From NCBI GenBank assembly GCA_963620575.1, contig CAVFBC010000001.1, forward strand, positions 111,912-175,911: DNA of 64,000 nucleotides, read 5' to 3'. Both the position numbers and the translations under genes were made by a program. Below, piece after piece: positions 62,378-64,000 of this stretch. Position 1 is the stretch's first letter, and each line of letters opens with the position of its first letter. This stretch comes from Alistipes putredinis. Lineage in GTDB: Bacteria > Bacteroidota > Bacteroidia > Bacteroidales > Marinilabiliaceae. Under the pieces are notes generated by a model, which saw nothing but the letters and a program-made list of their open reading frames with translations, did not search any database and had not been told where the DNA came from.

Positions 62378-62387
62378 CCCGTTCGAT

Positions 62388-63311
62388 ATGGATATCAACA
62401 ACGTCACTGACAAACAACTGCTCAAGCTCCTCAAGCAAAGACTTGAGGATAAGTCTGAAATGGAGAAAAAATTCGCCGAGCTTCAGACTGAGTGCCAGAC
62501 TATGGGCAAGAGGCTTAAGGACTCTGAGGCTCTCAAGAGCCACTTCATATCGAATGTAACAAACGAGATTGTCAACCCTTTCACTTCCATCATCGGCCTC
62601 TCCAAGGCTATTCTCTCTGTCGAGAAGCAGGACTGGAAGAAAATTGTCTCGATGGTGGCTCTCATCCACAACGAGGCTTTCAATCTCGATTTTCAGCTGA
62701 AGAACATCTTCACGGCTGCGAAGATTGAGGCGGGAGAGATTCTTCCCAACGTCCAGAAGGTCCATATCAGGCAGCTCATTCAGAATGTCATAGACTCGTT
62801 CTCTATCGTGACCCGCAAGATGGGTATCGACATTGAGTTCGATTATGAGATACAGCTCGGTTTCGGCGAAAAGGACTATTATTTCAACACCGACTCCGAC
62901 AAGCTCAAACAAATCATCAGCAATATACTCAACAATGCCGTCAAGTACAGCTACAAGGACAGCAAGGTTATTGTTAAGTGTTGGATTGATGACGACCTGC
63001 TTTTCATCTCAATCCAGGATTTCGGAACCGGCATCTCGGAGAAGAACCAGAACATCATTTTTGAGAGGTTTAAGCGTCTCGACACCGGCATCAACTCTAT
63101 CAACCAGGGCCACGGTCTCGGATTGGCCATTGCCAAGGCTCTGCTCGACGTCCTTGAGGGCAAAATTGACATCAAGAGTGTCAAGGGCGAGGGCTCTACC
63201 TTCACCATCTCAATCCCGAGACTCAAGGTCGTCAACACAGACCCGTTCGGCGGCGATGATGGGGGAATGTTTTTTGACACGGACTCTGACGACGACGTGG
63301 ACCTGTTTTAA
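62388..63311 (+). CDS. Soluble histidine-kinase-like protein (DHp plus HATPase_c) with a degenerate H-box
   Basis: No TM or sensor domain. The H-box region reads KSHFISNVTNEIVNPFTSIIG, with Asn where the phospho-His is expected. N box ISNILNNAVKYS, G1 IQDFGTGI and G2 GHGLGLAI are intact. The tail is acidic. Confidence 0.8.
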   Translation: MDINNVTDKQLLKLLKQRLEDKSEMEKKFAELQTECQTMGKRLKDSEALKSHFISNVTNEIVNPFTSIIGLSKAILSVEKQDWKKIVSMVALIHNEAFNLDFQLKNIFTAAKIEAGEILPNVQKVHIRQLIQNVIDSFSIVTRKMGIDIEFDYEIQLGFGEKDYYFNTDSDKLKQIISNILNNAVKYSYKDSKVIVKCWIDDDLLFISIQDFGTGISEKNQNIIFERFKRLDTGINSINQGHGLGLAIAKALLDVLEGKIDIKSVKGEGSTFTISIPRLKVVNTDPFGGDDGGMFFDTDSDDDVDLF

Positions 63312-63323
63312 CCTCCCCGACGA

Positions 63324-63797
63324 ATGGAGTATTCACAGCATTTCTTATACCCCTCGTCATTCTTCGCCAGTAAGGACCCATATGTGGTCAAGACTGTTCT
63401 CGGCTCATGTGTGGCGGTCTGTCTCTGGGACAAGACGTTGCACTATGGAGGCATCAACCACTATATGCTGCCCTATTGGACCGGAAATGACCTGGCTTCG
63501 CCCAAATATGGCAACATAGCCATTGAAAAACTTGTCGAGAAGATGAGGTTCATGGGCTGTCGGGTCGAGGACCTTGAGGCGAAAATCTTTGGCGGTGGCG
63601 AGCTCATCGATTCAATCGACGGACGCTCCGTGACGCAGATTGGCGAGAGGAACATCGAAGTGGCCAAGCGTTTGCTGGCCGAATATAAGATACCCATCGT
63701 AAGCTCGTGCGTCGGTGGAAAGAAGGGACGAAAAATCCTTTTCTTTACCGACAATGCAGAGGTCAGACACAAGTATCTCGATAAGAGGACTTTCTGA
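63324..63797 (+). CDS. cheD: Chemoreceptor glutamine deamidase CheD
   Basis: 157 aa, LGSCVAVCLWD catalytic-Cys motif and GGINHYMLP. Confidence 0.88.
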   Translation: MEYSQHFLYPSSFFASKDPYVVKTVLGSCVAVCLWDKTLHYGGINHYMLPYWTGNDLASPKYGNIAIEKLVEKMRFMGCRVEDLEAKIFGGGELIDSIDGRSVTQIGERNIEVAKRLLAEYKIPIVSSCVGGKKGRKILFFTDNAEVRHKYLDKRTF

Positions 63798-64000
63798 CCA
63801 GCTTCGACACAACAGAAACAATAATCACTGACCGTCCAGCCGATGCGGAGACCCGATTTGGCGTCTCGGCTCGCTGGCCGGCTTGAGTGTTAAATAAGGA
63901 CGGACATTAACAATCCGAGCGGCGCACTTGCCGCAAGGGTTAAGCAGACCCGCAACACGGGCCGAAAGATGAGATTCTAACGGCATGGAAAATAAGATCA

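Noticed and set aside
62833-63519. 228-aa plus-strand ORF spanning the HK-like gene and cheD
   Set aside because: It is out of frame with two motif-supported genes and has a Ser/Thr/Arg-rich shadow-frame composition.
63985-64000. Possible start of cheB (MENKI...)
   Set aside because: Only five codons are visible. Synteny makes it plausible, but it is unsupported as a feature.
55129-64000. Interpreting the Che operon as flagellar chemotaxis
   Set aside because: No flagellar, motor or pilus gene lies within the window, and the host looks like a Sus-type Bacteroidota. The window alone cannot establish motility, so the output is left open.

Overview
The window looks like a chromosomal segment of a Bacteroidota (Bacteroidales-like) genome. 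Supporting signs are a SusC/SusD PUL, many lipoprotein signal peptides, SPI-type signals that leave an N-terminal Gln, TAnnTTTG promoter boxes and no obvious Shine-Dalgarno sites. Gene order is as follows. (1) PepSY-TM protein, OmpA-like protein, porin-like barrel, GH43, a lone Rpn/PD-(D/E)XK nuclease, gltB-gltD and a lipoprotein. (2) A beta-1,3-glucan-type PUL: Y_Y_Y/LuxR regulator, SusC, SusD, SGBP, GH16, GH128/158-like enzyme and GH3. (3) On the minus strand, GT2-pstC-pstA-nitroreductase, with pstB divergent and a GH2 beta-galactosidase downstream of it. (4) An ORF-free 1 kb, a polytopic membrane protein and a Cache-type MCP. (5) A 7-gene operon: SiaB-like kinase, SiaC-like DUF1987 protein, an N-terminally extended ABCG-type transporter, and two tandem copies of a lipoprotein plus small Cys-containing secreted protein module. 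(6) comEC, tRNA-Pro(CGG), ribD, prmC, trxA and ribF. (7) A tightly packed Che operon: YfiR-like protein, MCP, STAS, CheY, CheA, CheW, CheW, CheR, an H-box-degenerate histidine-kinase-like protein and CheD, possibly followed by CheB at the window edge. The two candidates most worth follow-up are the Che pathway, which has partner-switch-like accessories and no motility genes in view, and the SiaB/SiaC-ABCG-lipoprotein operon next to the orphan MCP. All calls come from reading the translations and the DNA by eye. No database search or computation was run.
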